64,000 nucleotides of DNA from Candidatus Omnitrophota bacterium (GTDB lineage: Bacteria > Omnitrophota > Gorgyraeia > Gygaellales > Profunditerraquicolaceae). A model generated the notes under the pieces. It searched no databases, had not been told where the DNA came from, and worked only from the letters and a program-made list of their open reading frames with translations. Below are positions 1 to 8,489 of the stretch, piece after piece; the first letter of the stretch is position 1; every line of letters begins with the position of its first letter. A program made the position numbers and the translations under genes. Location: contig JBAZKL010000002.1 of assembly GCA_041650835.1 (NCBI GenBank), positions 338,472 to 402,471 of the forward strand, given 5' to 3'.

Positions 1-2
1 AA

Positions 3-104
3 GATGCTGTCTCCGACGGCCCGCAATCACTTTTACCGTCAACTTTCAAACAGCTGATGCAGGAACTCAAGCCCGTAGCGAACGCGGTAGGGCGGGAAAT
101 ATAA
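3..104 (+). CDS. 3' end of an upstream CDS truncated by the window edge (product unknown)
   Basis: Open frame from the window edge ending at TAA 102-104 (…KQLMQELKPVANAVGREI*), co-directional and 3 nt upstream of tyrA. No motif recognised. Confidence 0.2.
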   Translation, partial: DAVSDGPQSLLPSTFKQLMQELKPVANAVGREI

Positions 105-107
105 CTT

Positions 108-938
108 ATGAAACCATTTAATACTATCGCCATTGTGGGAACAGGACTGATCGGCGGCTCCCTTGCGCTTGATATAAAGAAGCACACGCTCGCGCGAACG
201 GTACTTGGCTTCAGCCGTTCTGCCCATACCCTGGAAACCGCCGAGAGAAAAGGTATCATTGATAAAGGCTCTCAGGAGATCGGTTTATTGCAAACGGCCG
301 ACCTTGTCATTCTTGCTACTCCCGTTAAAACGATAGTCGAATTAGCTCCCCGGATCGCACGGATAATAAAACCAACGTGCATCGTTATTGACGTGGGCAG
401 CACCAAGGAAGAAATAACCTTACGGCTCTCCGGGATATTTCCCCGCTTTGTCGGCTGCCATCCTCTGGCAGGATCTGAAAAACGCGGAATCGATAACGCT
501 TCCTGCGGCCTTTTCATGAACTCGATCTGTATTATAACACCCTGCAGGCAAACTGATAAAAAAGCACTCTCCCGCGTGAAAGCATTTTGGAAAACGATCG
601 GGGCCAGGCTCTATTTCACCACGCCTCAAAGGCATGATGTCGCGTTATCATTCATCAGCCATTTTCCCCATATTATCGCTTTTGCTTTAATGAATACCGT
701 TCCCGCGCAATACCTGACGATCGCGCCTAACAGCCTGAGGGACACGACGCGGGTTGCGGCTTCTGACGCAGGGCTTTGGGCCGATATATTCTTAAGCAAC
801 CGGGTTAACCTCGGGAAGACGATTTCAATATTCCAAAAGAATCTTGAGCTTTTTAAGAAAACAATCCGGCATAATGACAGGAAGAAGCTGGCAGTTTTGC
901 TCGAAAAAGCAAGAATTAAGCGAGGCCTGCTGAAATGA
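108..938 (+). CDS. tyrA: prephenate/arogenate dehydrogenase (TyrA family)
   Basis: N-terminal Rossmann motif IAIVGTGLIGGSLALD; 276 aa, typical of the TyrA family; 4-nt overlap with cmk. Confidence 0.75.
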   Translation: MKPFNTIAIVGTGLIGGSLALDIKKHTLARTVLGFSRSAHTLETAERKGIIDKGSQEIGLLQTADLVILATPVKTIVELAPRIARIIKPTCIVIDVGSTKEEITLRLSGIFPRFVGCHPLAGSEKRGIDNASCGLFMNSICIITPCRQTDKKALSRVKAFWKTIGARLYFTTPQRHDVALSFISHFPHIIAFALMNTVPAQYLTIAPNSLRDTTRVAASDAGLWADIFLSNRVNLGKTISIFQKNLELFKKTIRHNDRKKLAVLLEKARIKRGLLK

Positions 939-1621
939 TCATTGCCATTGACGGTCCGGCCGGTTCCGGAAAAAGTACCGTAACAAAATTATTAGCGGAA
1001 AAACTGGGATTTTTGCATATCGATACCGGAGCTATGTACCGCGCCCTTACCCTTAAAACACTGGAAACAAAGACCGATATAACGAAAAGCCGTGCTGTTA
1101 CCGCTTTAGCGCGTAAATCAAAGATCGATTTGCGGGAAGATCCCCGCGGGCCGTTAAAAGTCTACCTCGATGAGCGCGACGTTTCACTGGAAATCCGAAA
1201 GCCGCGGATCACGCGGCATGTTTCTGATATCGCTAAGATCCCCGGAGTACGCAAGATCATGTTGCAGCTCCAAAGAAAAGTCGGCAGCAAACACGATTGT
1301 ATCCTTGAAGGCAGGGATATCGGCACCGCCGTATTCCCCGATGCGGACATTAAATTCTTCATCGACGCGCAATTCAATGAACGGGTGCAACGCCGGTATA
1401 AAGATATGAAGGACTTGAAAATAAGCGGGGTAACACTCACGGACGTCGCCAGGGACCTGAACAACCGCGACACCATCGATTCGACAAGAAAATGCGCTCC
1501 GCTTAAAAAAGCGAAGGATGCCGTCCATATAGATACAACGCATATGAGCATCGAGGAAGTAGTTAAGAGATTATTAAAAGAAATAAAAGCCCGCTCCAGC
1601 AACACAAAAAAGTCCCAATGA
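935..1621 (+). CDS. cmk: cytidylate kinase
   Basis: IIAIDGPAGSGKSTV P-loop at the N-terminus and overall Cmk-like sequence. Confidence 0.9.
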   Translation: MIIAIDGPAGSGKSTVTKLLAEKLGFLHIDTGAMYRALTLKTLETKTDITKSRAVTALARKSKIDLREDPRGPLKVYLDERDVSLEIRKPRITRHVSDIAKIPGVRKIMLQLQRKVGSKHDCILEGRDIGTAVFPDADIKFFIDAQFNERVQRRYKDMKDLKISGVTLTDVARDLNNRDTIDSTRKCAPLKKAKDAVHIDTTHMSIEEVVKRLLKEIKARSSNTKKSQ

Positions 1622-1720
1622 CACGTGACTTTTCTTATTACTGGTAGTTGGGTTATGGTTAAGCAGTTAGTTTAGGAGTTGGGAAAAGTAATTTGGTTTA
1701 AAACAATAAATAGTAAGATA

Positions 1721-1862
1721 AGTCTAAAGGATAAAGTTTAAATAACAAAGAAAGGTTTAAGCCGAAAGATTAAATTTAAAATTTATACTTTATTCTTTGA
1801 ATTTCCTTTGCTCTTTTGACTTTGAATGAACCATGCCTCAGGCGCTTATGGTTCATTCATCC
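1721..1862. repeat. AT-rich palindromic intergenic repeat, copy 1 (inverted orientation, central GC hairpin deleted)
   Basis: Aligns with the reverse complement of the copies at 41520-41690 and 49455-49620 (aagtctaaaggataaa…aaataacaaag…tttcctttg). A separate hairpin gaatgaaccatg…catggttcattc follows. Confidence 0.45.
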
Positions 1863-1974
1863 CGAGCTCTGTCGAGGGGTTAAACTTTATCATTAACGTT
1901 AAATAACCAAACTAATACTTTAACCTAAAACTACGGACTATTTTGTAACCTGAGGCTTGCGGCATTTATATCCC

Positions 1975-3765
1975 ATGGATAAATCACACATACGCAATTT
2001 CAGCATCATCGCGCACATTGATCACGGTAAATCGACCCTTGCCGACCGGATGCTGGAGATCACCGGCGTCATCGATAAACGTAATTCACACGACCAGATG
2101 CTTGACGATATGGACCTGGAACGGGAGCGGGGGATCACGATCAAAGCATCGACGGTCAGGCTTCCCTACACGGGGAAAGACGGAAAAGAGTATATCTTTA
2201 ACCTTATTGATACTCCCGGACATGTCGATTTTACCTATGAAGTTTCAAAATCACTGGCAGCATGTGAAGGCGCTATCCTGGTTGTTGACGCCGGGCAGGG
2301 AATAGAAGCGCAAACCGTCGCTAATTATTATTTAGCAATGGAGAATAACCTGGCAGTAATACCGCTCATAAATAAGATCGATCTTAATACCGTTGATATT
2401 CCGCGCACAAAGAACCAGATCATTTCTGTGCTCGGGTATAAAGACGAAGAAATACTGCTGGCTTCCGCAAAAGAAGGCATCGGCATCAAAGAGATATTTG
2501 AAGAAGTGATAAGGGTCATCCCTGCGCCGCCGGGGGTCATCGGTAATCCTTTAAAAGCCCTGATCTTTGACTGCCGTTTTGACCCTTATCGCGGGGTCGT
2601 TGTCTTTGTCAGGGTCGTTGATGGAAAGATCGACTCCGGCTCACAGATCATCATGATGCATTCAGGGAAGATCTATAAATTAGAGGAGATCGGGGTCTTT
2701 AACCTTAAATATTCCAAAGTCGATGTGTTGACCTGCGGGGAAGTCGGCTATTTTATCGCCAATATTCGCGACCCGAGGGAAATTATCATCGGGGACACGA
2801 TCACCGACATCAAAAATCCCTGCGCTGCGCCGTTACCCGGATACAGGACATTAAAACCGCTGGTTTTTTGCGGGATCTATCCGGTCAACCCGGGTGATTT
2901 CACCAATTTACGGGAAGCAATGGACAAGCTCAAACTCTCAGACGCGTCATTCCAATTTGAACCGGAGAACAGCCAGTCGTTCGGGTCAGGATTTCGCTGC
3001 GGTTTCCTGGGCCTTCTCCATATGGAGATCGTCCAAGAGCGCCTGGAGCGTGAATACGACTTAAACCTCATTCTTACCGTTCCGAATGTTGTTTACCGAG
3101 TGAAGAAAAAAGACGGAGAGGTCATTGATATCGATACACCCGCTAAATTTCCCGCCTCCGACATAGCGGAATCGTTTGAACCATATGTAAGCCTCTTAAC
3201 CATCATTCCGGTTGAATCAATTGAAGCGGTATGTGAATTCGTAAAATCGCGCAGGGGGACTTTTCATTCGACGGAATACCTGGGTATCGACAGGGTCAAG
3301 CTTGTTTTCAATATCCCGCTTTCCGAGATCATCGTTGATTTTTATGACAGGATAAAATCATTGACCAAAGGATACGGTTCTTTGGATTATGAATTCAAAG
3401 ACTACGTGCAGACGCAACTGGTCAAACTGGATATTATGTTAAACGGCGTGGTCTGCGACGCTTTTTCGACCCTGATCTGTAAAGAAAAGGTTTACCATAA
3501 AGCGCACGCGCTGGTCAAAAAACTAAAAGAACTCATACCCCGGCAGCTCTATGAGATATCTATCCAAGCAACTGTCGGCAGCCAGATCCTGGCATCTGAA
3601 AAAGTGCGCCCCATGGGAAAAAATGTAACCAGCAGGTGTTCAGGAGGAGACATCACCAGAAAACGTAAACTTTGGGAAAACCAGAAAAAAGGAAGAAAGC
3701 GCCTCAAACAAGTCGGTAAAATAGAGATCCCGCAGGAGGCATTCTTGGAGGTATTAAAATTATGA
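1975..3765 (+). CDS. lepA: elongation factor 4 (LepA), translational GTPase
   Basis: IRNFSIIAHIDHGKSTLADR G1 motif, DTPGHVDF, LINKIDL. The track ORF starts at TTG 1957; ATG 1975 gives the canonical LepA N-terminus. Confidence 0.95.
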   Translation: MDKSHIRNFSIIAHIDHGKSTLADRMLEITGVIDKRNSHDQMLDDMDLERERGITIKASTVRLPYTGKDGKEYIFNLIDTPGHVDFTYEVSKSLAACEGAILVVDAGQGIEAQTVANYYLAMENNLAVIPLINKIDLNTVDIPRTKNQIISVLGYKDEEILLASAKEGIGIKEIFEEVIRVIPAPPGVIGNPLKALIFDCRFDPYRGVVVFVRVVDGKIDSGSQIIMMHSGKIYKLEEIGVFNLKYSKVDVLTCGEVGYFIANIRDPREIIIGDTITDIKNPCAAPLPGYRTLKPLVFCGIYPVNPGDFTNLREAMDKLKLSDASFQFEPENSQSFGSGFRCGFLGLLHMEIVQERLEREYDLNLILTVPNVVYRVKKKDGEVIDIDTPAKFPASDIAESFEPYVSLLTIIPVESIEAVCEFVKSRRGTFHSTEYLGIDRVKLVFNIPLSEIIVDFYDRIKSLTKGYGSLDYEFKDYVQTQLVKLDIMLNGVVCDAFSTLICKEKVYHKAHALVKKLKELIPRQLYEISIQATVGSQILASEKVRPMGKNVTSRCSGGDITRKRKLWENQKKGRKRLKQVGKIEIPQEAFLEVLKL

Positions 3766-4385
3766 GCATCGCCAGACAAACCCCGCGCACCGCAAGCACT
3801 GCTGAAACAAGAAAGAATAAGTTCAAGCTCGTGGTAAAGGAATGGACTGAATCTATAGTAACTGCTTTTATCCTTGCGATGATCATCAGGATATTCGTCG
3901 TTCAGGCTTTTAAAATACCGACGGGTTCAATGAGGTTGACGCTGGTCGAAGGCGACATTATTTTAGTCAACAAATTCCTGTACGGCGCGAAACTCCCCCT
4001 GACCGACATCCGGCTGCCTGCGGTACGTAAACCACAACGGGGAGATGTAATAGTCTTTATTTATCCGGAAAACCCGAAAAAAGACTTTATCAAACGCCTC
4101 ATCGCCACAGAAGGGGAGAGCGTCGAAATAAAAGACGGGACGATCTACATAAACGATAGACCTCTTTTAGACCCGGTATTCAGCCAGAAGTATTATTATA
4201 ACCACGGCGATTACGCGCAGGAAGGTCAAAAGACCATTGTACCGAAGAATTCTTATTTTGTGCTCGGGGATAATTCGCAATCATCTCAAGACAGCAGGTT
4301 CTGGGGATTTGTACCCGAGAAGAACGTTATCGGAAAAGCTTTTATCATATACTGGCCGCTCAACCGGATAAGGTTAATCAAATAA
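3762..4385 (+). CDS. lepB: signal peptidase I (S26 family)
   Basis: N-terminal TM segment, catalytic Ser motif GSMRLTL and GDNSQSSQDSRFWG box; the classical lepA-lepB pair with a 4-nt overlap. Confidence 0.85.
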   Translation: MSIARQTPRTASTAETRKNKFKLVVKEWTESIVTAFILAMIIRIFVVQAFKIPTGSMRLTLVEGDIILVNKFLYGAKLPLTDIRLPAVRKPQRGDVIVFIYPENPKKDFIKRLIATEGESVEIKDGTIYINDRPLLDPVFSQKYYYNHGDYAQEGQKTIVPKNSYFVLGDNSQSSQDSRFWGFVPEKNVIGKAFIIYWPLNRIRLIK

Positions 4386-4937
4386 ATGAACTTCGCCAAT
4401 AAGATCTCAACCTTTCGGATTTTAACCGTTCCCTTTTTTATTTCAAGCCTTATTTATTATTCCTCCGAAAAAGATTTCCTGCGTTTTGTCGCCCTGGGGA
4501 TCTTTTTACTCGGAGTTTTATCCGACGCTATTGACGGCTATATTGCCAGAAAATCGAAACAGCTATCTAAAGCCGGGCGCATACTCGACCCTCTCGGCGA
4601 CAAACTGCTCTTAACCAGCGCTTTTATATGCCTTTATTTATTCCTAAAGCTGCCGCTCTGGGTCACCCTTATCGTTGTAAGCAGGGACGTTATTATACTC
4701 TTAGGGGCAATCGTTATTTTTATCGTCAAGAAAGACATCAATGTCTCTCCCACGCGCTGGGGAAAATTAACAACCAGCTTTCAAATGGCATCGGTTATCA
4801 GCGTACTGCTGCAATTTAAGATTTCTTATATTTTCTGGAATATCGCTGTTTTTTTCACTGTCATATCGGGGATCGACTATATCATGCGGGGGTTCAAAAT
4901 ATTATATGCTTTGGATAATAATCGGAATCATCTTTAG
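4386..4937 (+). CDS. pgsA: CDP-alcohol phosphatidyltransferase (phosphatidylglycerophosphate synthase-like)
   Basis: DAIDGYIARK…GRILDPLGDKLL motif (DG…AR…G…D…D) in a multi-TM protein. Confidence 0.75.
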   Translation: MNFANKISTFRILTVPFFISSLIYYSSEKDFLRFVALGIFLLGVLSDAIDGYIARKSKQLSKAGRILDPLGDKLLLTSAFICLYLFLKLPLWVTLIVVSRDVIILLGAIVIFIVKKDINVSPTRWGKLTTSFQMASVISVLLQFKISYIFWNIAVFFTVISGIDYIMRGFKILYALDNNRNHL

Positions 4938-5541
4938 TTATCTTATCGGTTCAATACCTACCGCGTATATTTTCGGTATATGTTTAAAAGGCATTGATAT
5001 ACGTAAATTCGGTTCAGGGAATGTCGGAGCAACAAACGCTTCACGGCTTCTCGGAAAGAAATTAGGAATTACCGTATTGGCCCTGGACATCCTTAAAGGC
5101 CTTATTACCGTAACTCTCCTGGGAAATCTGGCGCTTACAAGAACAAATTTTCCGATAGACCCGCCATTACTTCGGATCATCTTTGGCCTGGGATGTATTT
5201 CCGGTCATAATTGGACCATATTCCTGAACTTTAAAGGAGGTAAAGGAGTAGCCACTACCTTAGGCGTTTTACTAGGGGCGGCATGGGTGATCCCGGGGAT
5301 CGGCTTCATATTAGCACTCGTGATCCTTACCTGGCTTGTAACATTCCTGGTGAGCCGTATAGTTTCCGTTGCTTCGATCTTAGCGGCAATATCTTTTCCT
5401 ATATATATGTCCATCAAAAACCTCTCACCAACACTCATTTTATCAAGTTTTATCATATCCGCGTTTATAATTCTACGCCACATCCCCAACATTAAACGGA
5501 TCCTGCAAAAAAAAGAACCGCGCATGTCGTTCAAGAAATAG
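4906..5541 (+). CDS. plsY: glycerol-3-phosphate acyltransferase PlsY
   Basis: GSGNVGATNASR motif and HNWTIFLNFKGGKGVAT; a ~200-aa polytopic membrane protein. Confidence 0.85.
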   Translation: MLWIIIGIIFSYLIGSIPTAYIFGICLKGIDIRKFGSGNVGATNASRLLGKKLGITVLALDILKGLITVTLLGNLALTRTNFPIDPPLLRIIFGLGCISGHNWTIFLNFKGGKGVATTLGVLLGAAWVIPGIGFILALVILTWLVTFLVSRIVSVASILAAISFPIYMSIKNLSPTLILSSFIISAFIILRHIPNIKRILQKKEPRMSFKK

Positions 5542-5550
5542 CCAAATATT

Positions 5551-5590
5551 ATAGTCACAAGTCACAAGTAATCGATAGTCTATAGTTACA
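5551..5590. repeat. short repeat 'atagtcacaagtcacaagta…gatagtctatagtt', copy 1 (immediately 3' of the plsY stop)
   Basis: Near-identical to 47071-47114, which lies immediately 3' of the lexA stop. Contains the direct repeat gtcacaa x2 and tagtc(c/t)atagt units. Confidence 0.45.
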
Positions 5591-5599
5591 AGATATTGA

Positions 5600-5810
5600 G
5601 TGAACGGGCCCTGTCTTGGACTATTTTCTCGCGGGAACGTTTGCCCCGCCCCGGCGTGGCGGGGCTGCACTCAGGTCGGCTGCGTCGCTCTGCCCGACTT
5701 CGTTTATCAAGGGGCATCCATGCCCGCCCCGTTAAAAAACGTAGTTTTCTAACGGGGCCCGCTCCTTGCCTTTATGCCCCGCTCGAAAACAGTCCAAGCC
5801 ACCCGTTCAC
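5600..5810. mobile_element. MITE-like element (~210 bp) bounded by ~30-bp imperfect terminal inverted repeats and carrying GC-rich internal hairpins
   Basis: 5' gtgaacgggccctgtcttggactattttc pairs with 3' gaaaacagtccaagccacccgttcac. Internal hairpins gccccgcc…ggcggggc and gggcat…atgccc. No ORF. Confidence 0.35.
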
Positions 5811-6091
5811 TAAAAATACTAACCATACACAGACCCTCTCGACAAGCTCGGGGTAAACCCTTCGACTTGGTTAACAGGGAAAGCTATCAGGCGCTGGAGG
5901 GTAAACATGTAGTCGATGGTCTATAATCAAGGAAATCCGAGAAACTGAGAAATCAGGGACTATGTAAACCGGATATCGGGGGATCAGGGATACCGGTGAC
6001 AGGGGGCACTGGAGACTGGGGAAATTGAGATAATTAACAAACTTGAGTAGTCTCAGATTACAAATAAAAGATTGAGAAAATTAACATATAA

Positions 6092-6136
6092 GAATAACGA
6101 AAATAACGCAACTAACGATAATAACGATATTAACGA
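6092..6136. repeat. five tandem copies of a 9-nt unit (WWtaacga)
   Basis: aataacga/aaataacgc/aactaacga/taataacga/tattaacga read directly from the sequence. Confidence 0.55.
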
Positions 6137-6397
6137 ATATTGAAAACGCTTTCTATAAAACACTGAAACTCCTTGAAAACATGTAAATTATGATGTTATA
6201 CTCTAACTAAGAAATAGAAGAATGATATCAATTCATAAAAGGTTTTTTTTCACCTCTTATTAAACACTTTAACAAAGTATTAATATAGTATCCCCACCAG
6301 CTACGAAAATCAGGGGATAGCCGGGTTGAACAAAATTAGCTTAGATAAGGTGACAACCCGGCTCCATAAAAGACAATGGGTCAAAACCGAGGTTATT

Positions 6398-6730
6398 ATG
6401 AGAGACCTATTATACCGGAACTTAACTTCACCAAATAAAAACCGAAGGATAATTACCAGTTCCGAAATAGCAGACAAAGAAGGTATCAGGACCGTAATAC
6501 AAAGACATTTCATTTATATTGTTAAAAGAATAAACGGTAAAATACCGCCTAAGCCAAAGCCGTATCTTTACGTTCTAAAAGAAAAGAGCCAAAAGAAACA
6601 GATGGAAAAATTCTTTTGCAGGATCAAAGGCGGGTTTTATATTATTAACAACGGCACTCCGGCACTCGTTCTTTTTACGCATTCACTTAAAATAAACCTG
6701 AGCGCCATAAATAAAACAACTCTTTGTTAA
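6398..6730 (+). CDS. hypothetical small basic protein (uncertain)
   Basis: Internal ATG 6398 of track ORF 6326..6730, with a GAGG Shine-Dalgarno 6 nt upstream. K/R-rich, no recognised motif. The track TTG start at 6326 lies inside a 10-bp stem-loop. Confidence 0.25.
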   Translation: MRDLLYRNLTSPNKNRRIITSSEIADKEGIRTVIQRHFIYIVKRINGKIPPKPKPYLYVLKEKSQKKQMEKFFCRIKGGFYIINNGTPALVLFTHSLKINLSAINKTTLC

Positions 6731-6880
6731 TAGGATAATTGCCACAGCCTATTACAAAAAAAAGGAAGACGCAGCTTGACAAAACAATAAAGTAATTGTA
6801 AACTTTATTAAATGATTTAAAATCTTTTGGGTCCGGTGTTCTCGATTATGGAGGTAATCGGGAAATGCCACGAAAATTCA

Positions 6881-6922
6881 AGCCGGATTGACGAAAAGGG
6901 TCAATCCGGCTTTTTGTTTTTT
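6881..6922 (+). terminator. rho-independent terminator
   Basis: agccggattgac-gaaaag-ggtcaatccggct stem-loop followed by tttttgtttttt. Confidence 0.55.
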
Positions 6923-6958
6923 ATACCTAACCGAGTTCTACATAAGGAATTAAAGTTG

Positions 6959-6988
6959 TTGACAAATAAGGAGAAATGGTACTATAAT
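6959..6988 (+). promoter_or_regulatory. sigma-70-type promoter (TTGACA-N18-TATAAT) for the secreted-fibre operon
   Basis: Consensus hexamers at 6959-6964 and 6983-6988, ~18 nt upstream of ATG 7006. Confidence 0.45.
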
Positions 6989-7005
6989 AACACTTGGGTG
7001 GGACA

Positions 7006-8418
7006 ATGAATAATACATCGAAAAGAATATCCTTAAAATACCTGGTCATGCTGTGCGGCGCAATAGTCTTTTGTGCTTCTGCGGCTGCATTGGCCGCGGA
7101 TATCTTTGACCTCTCCTACAGCCTTACCGAAGGCGGTTTTCGTTTAGAATTCAACCAAGTCACCCCCTCAAGAGGCATTAAAGTCGATATTACCTCTAAT
7201 ATAGCCACCCGCTATGAAATTGAATTAGCAATTGTGCGGCCCTTAGAGAACCGGGATAAACCTAACACGCTCGTCAGAGATAACTTTTTCGTCAGAGGGA
7301 TCCGGGGAAGCAATCAATTCGGCGATTTTCGCCTGCCGCCAAGCGATTCAACCGTCAGGACATCTCAAACTATATATGTTTCCAACACAACGGGGAGCCC
7401 CGACAGCATTACCATGGTGCTTGGGGTAACCAATATTACAACCCTGCCCTCCGGGTATTACACGGGACAAATCAGTTTAACCCTCAGGCCTATCGGATCA
7501 GCCAGGTCGCACGTGGTCAAGTACATTGATATTTCCGCGACTATTCCTCAATCTCAAATAAAAGCTGAAGATAAAAGCGTCAAATTCTCTACGCTTTCAG
7601 GGAACAAGAGGATCACGCTGAATCCCAAGAAAAACGAAACCCAATCAGGCGATATTTTAGTTACCATAAACGGTACTTTCTCGCAGCAATTTAAACTGGT
7701 TCAAACTATACCGCAGCCCCTGGAATCCAAAGAAGGCAACAGGCTGAGCAATGACACAGTAAAATTCTCGGTAAAAGAAACAAGTATCGGATCAGCCGAA
7801 AGCTTAGAGAAAACCTTATCAACTGGAAGGCAAGTTCTATACACATCGCTTCCCGACGGAAAAGCTGACAAGACCTTTGTCATTACGTATTCCCTTAATG
7901 ATATTGCTAAACAGACCGCGGGGGATTATGCTACTAAGATCCAATTCTCCCTGGAAGAAATGGGCAATCTGACGAACCTTGACACTTTTACACTGGAGAT
8001 CAATAACGCACGGACATTCGACTTAACCATAGCGCCCCAGGACCAAATGGGTTCCCTGGATTTCCGTAACCTTAAACCCAATCAACCGCCAAAGCAAAGA
8101 GAAGTTACGGTAGAAATTAAATCAAACATAGGCAAGCGCTATCAAGTGAATCAAAAGCTCTTCGCGCCTCTTACGAACAGGGAAGGGCAAATAGTCCCTG
8201 GCGCGAATTTCACCCTAAAGACTGAAAGCATTTCAACAAAAGGGAGCTTACGCTACCCGCAATCTCAAGCGATAAAAGAAGGCGAGATGACCCTGCTTGT
8301 TTCAGACGCTGCAGGATCTCCCGACTCATTTAAAATAATCTACGAATTAAGTTTTCCTAAAGAGCTTAAAGCCGGCGACTATTCTACCAGGATCACTTAT
8401 TCCTTATCTGAGATCTAA
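7006..8418 (+). CDS. secreted protein with three tandem SCPU-like (spore-coat-U/archaic pilin-like) domains; candidate tip or adhesin subunit
   Basis: Signal peptide MNNTSKRISLKYLVMLCGAIVFCASAAALA. Three ~140-aa repeats each ending in the pilin-like strand SGYYTGQISLTL / AGDYATKIQFSL / AGDYSTRITYSL, with recurring GSPDS motifs. Confidence 0.5.
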   Translation: MNNTSKRISLKYLVMLCGAIVFCASAAALAADIFDLSYSLTEGGFRLEFNQVTPSRGIKVDITSNIATRYEIELAIVRPLENRDKPNTLVRDNFFVRGIRGSNQFGDFRLPPSDSTVRTSQTIYVSNTTGSPDSITMVLGVTNITTLPSGYYTGQISLTLRPIGSARSHVVKYIDISATIPQSQIKAEDKSVKFSTLSGNKRITLNPKKNETQSGDILVTINGTFSQQFKLVQTIPQPLESKEGNRLSNDTVKFSVKETSIGSAESLEKTLSTGRQVLYTSLPDGKADKTFVITYSLNDIAKQTAGDYATKIQFSLEEMGNLTNLDTFTLEINNARTFDLTIAPQDQMGSLDFRNLKPNQPPKQREVTVEIKSNIGKRYQVNQKLFAPLTNREGQIVPGANFTLKTESISTKGSLRYPQSQAIKEGEMTLLVSDAAGSPDSFKIIYELSFPKELKAGDYSTRITYSLSEI

Positions 8419-8489
8419 AAGGAGGTGATTGGATTCAAGAGATTTAAAAGGGAAGGGCAACTAACACAATTAAAAGGGGGGCAGTAAAA

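Noticed and set aside
39-227. 62-aa minus-strand ORF overlapping the tyrA start
   Set aside because: It overlaps a well-supported plus-strand gene and the preceding partial CDS; no RBS or motif.
1162-1605. Minus-strand ORFs (147 and 119 aa) and a 79-aa plus-strand ORF inside cmk
   Set aside because: Antisense or alternative-frame ORFs embedded in a confidently identified gene; typical shadow ORFs.
5600-5810. Possibility that the structured 210-nt element is 6S RNA, tmRNA, RNase P RNA or SRP RNA
   Set aside because: No tRNA-like 3' end or ACCA, no RNase P P4 consensus, and no 6S-type central bubble; the terminal inverted repeats fit a MITE better. Needs cmscan to be sure.
5596-5856. 86-aa Arg-rich ORF
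   Set aside because: It lies entirely within the GC-rich hairpin/MITE-like element; its composition reflects the GC hairpins rather than coding.
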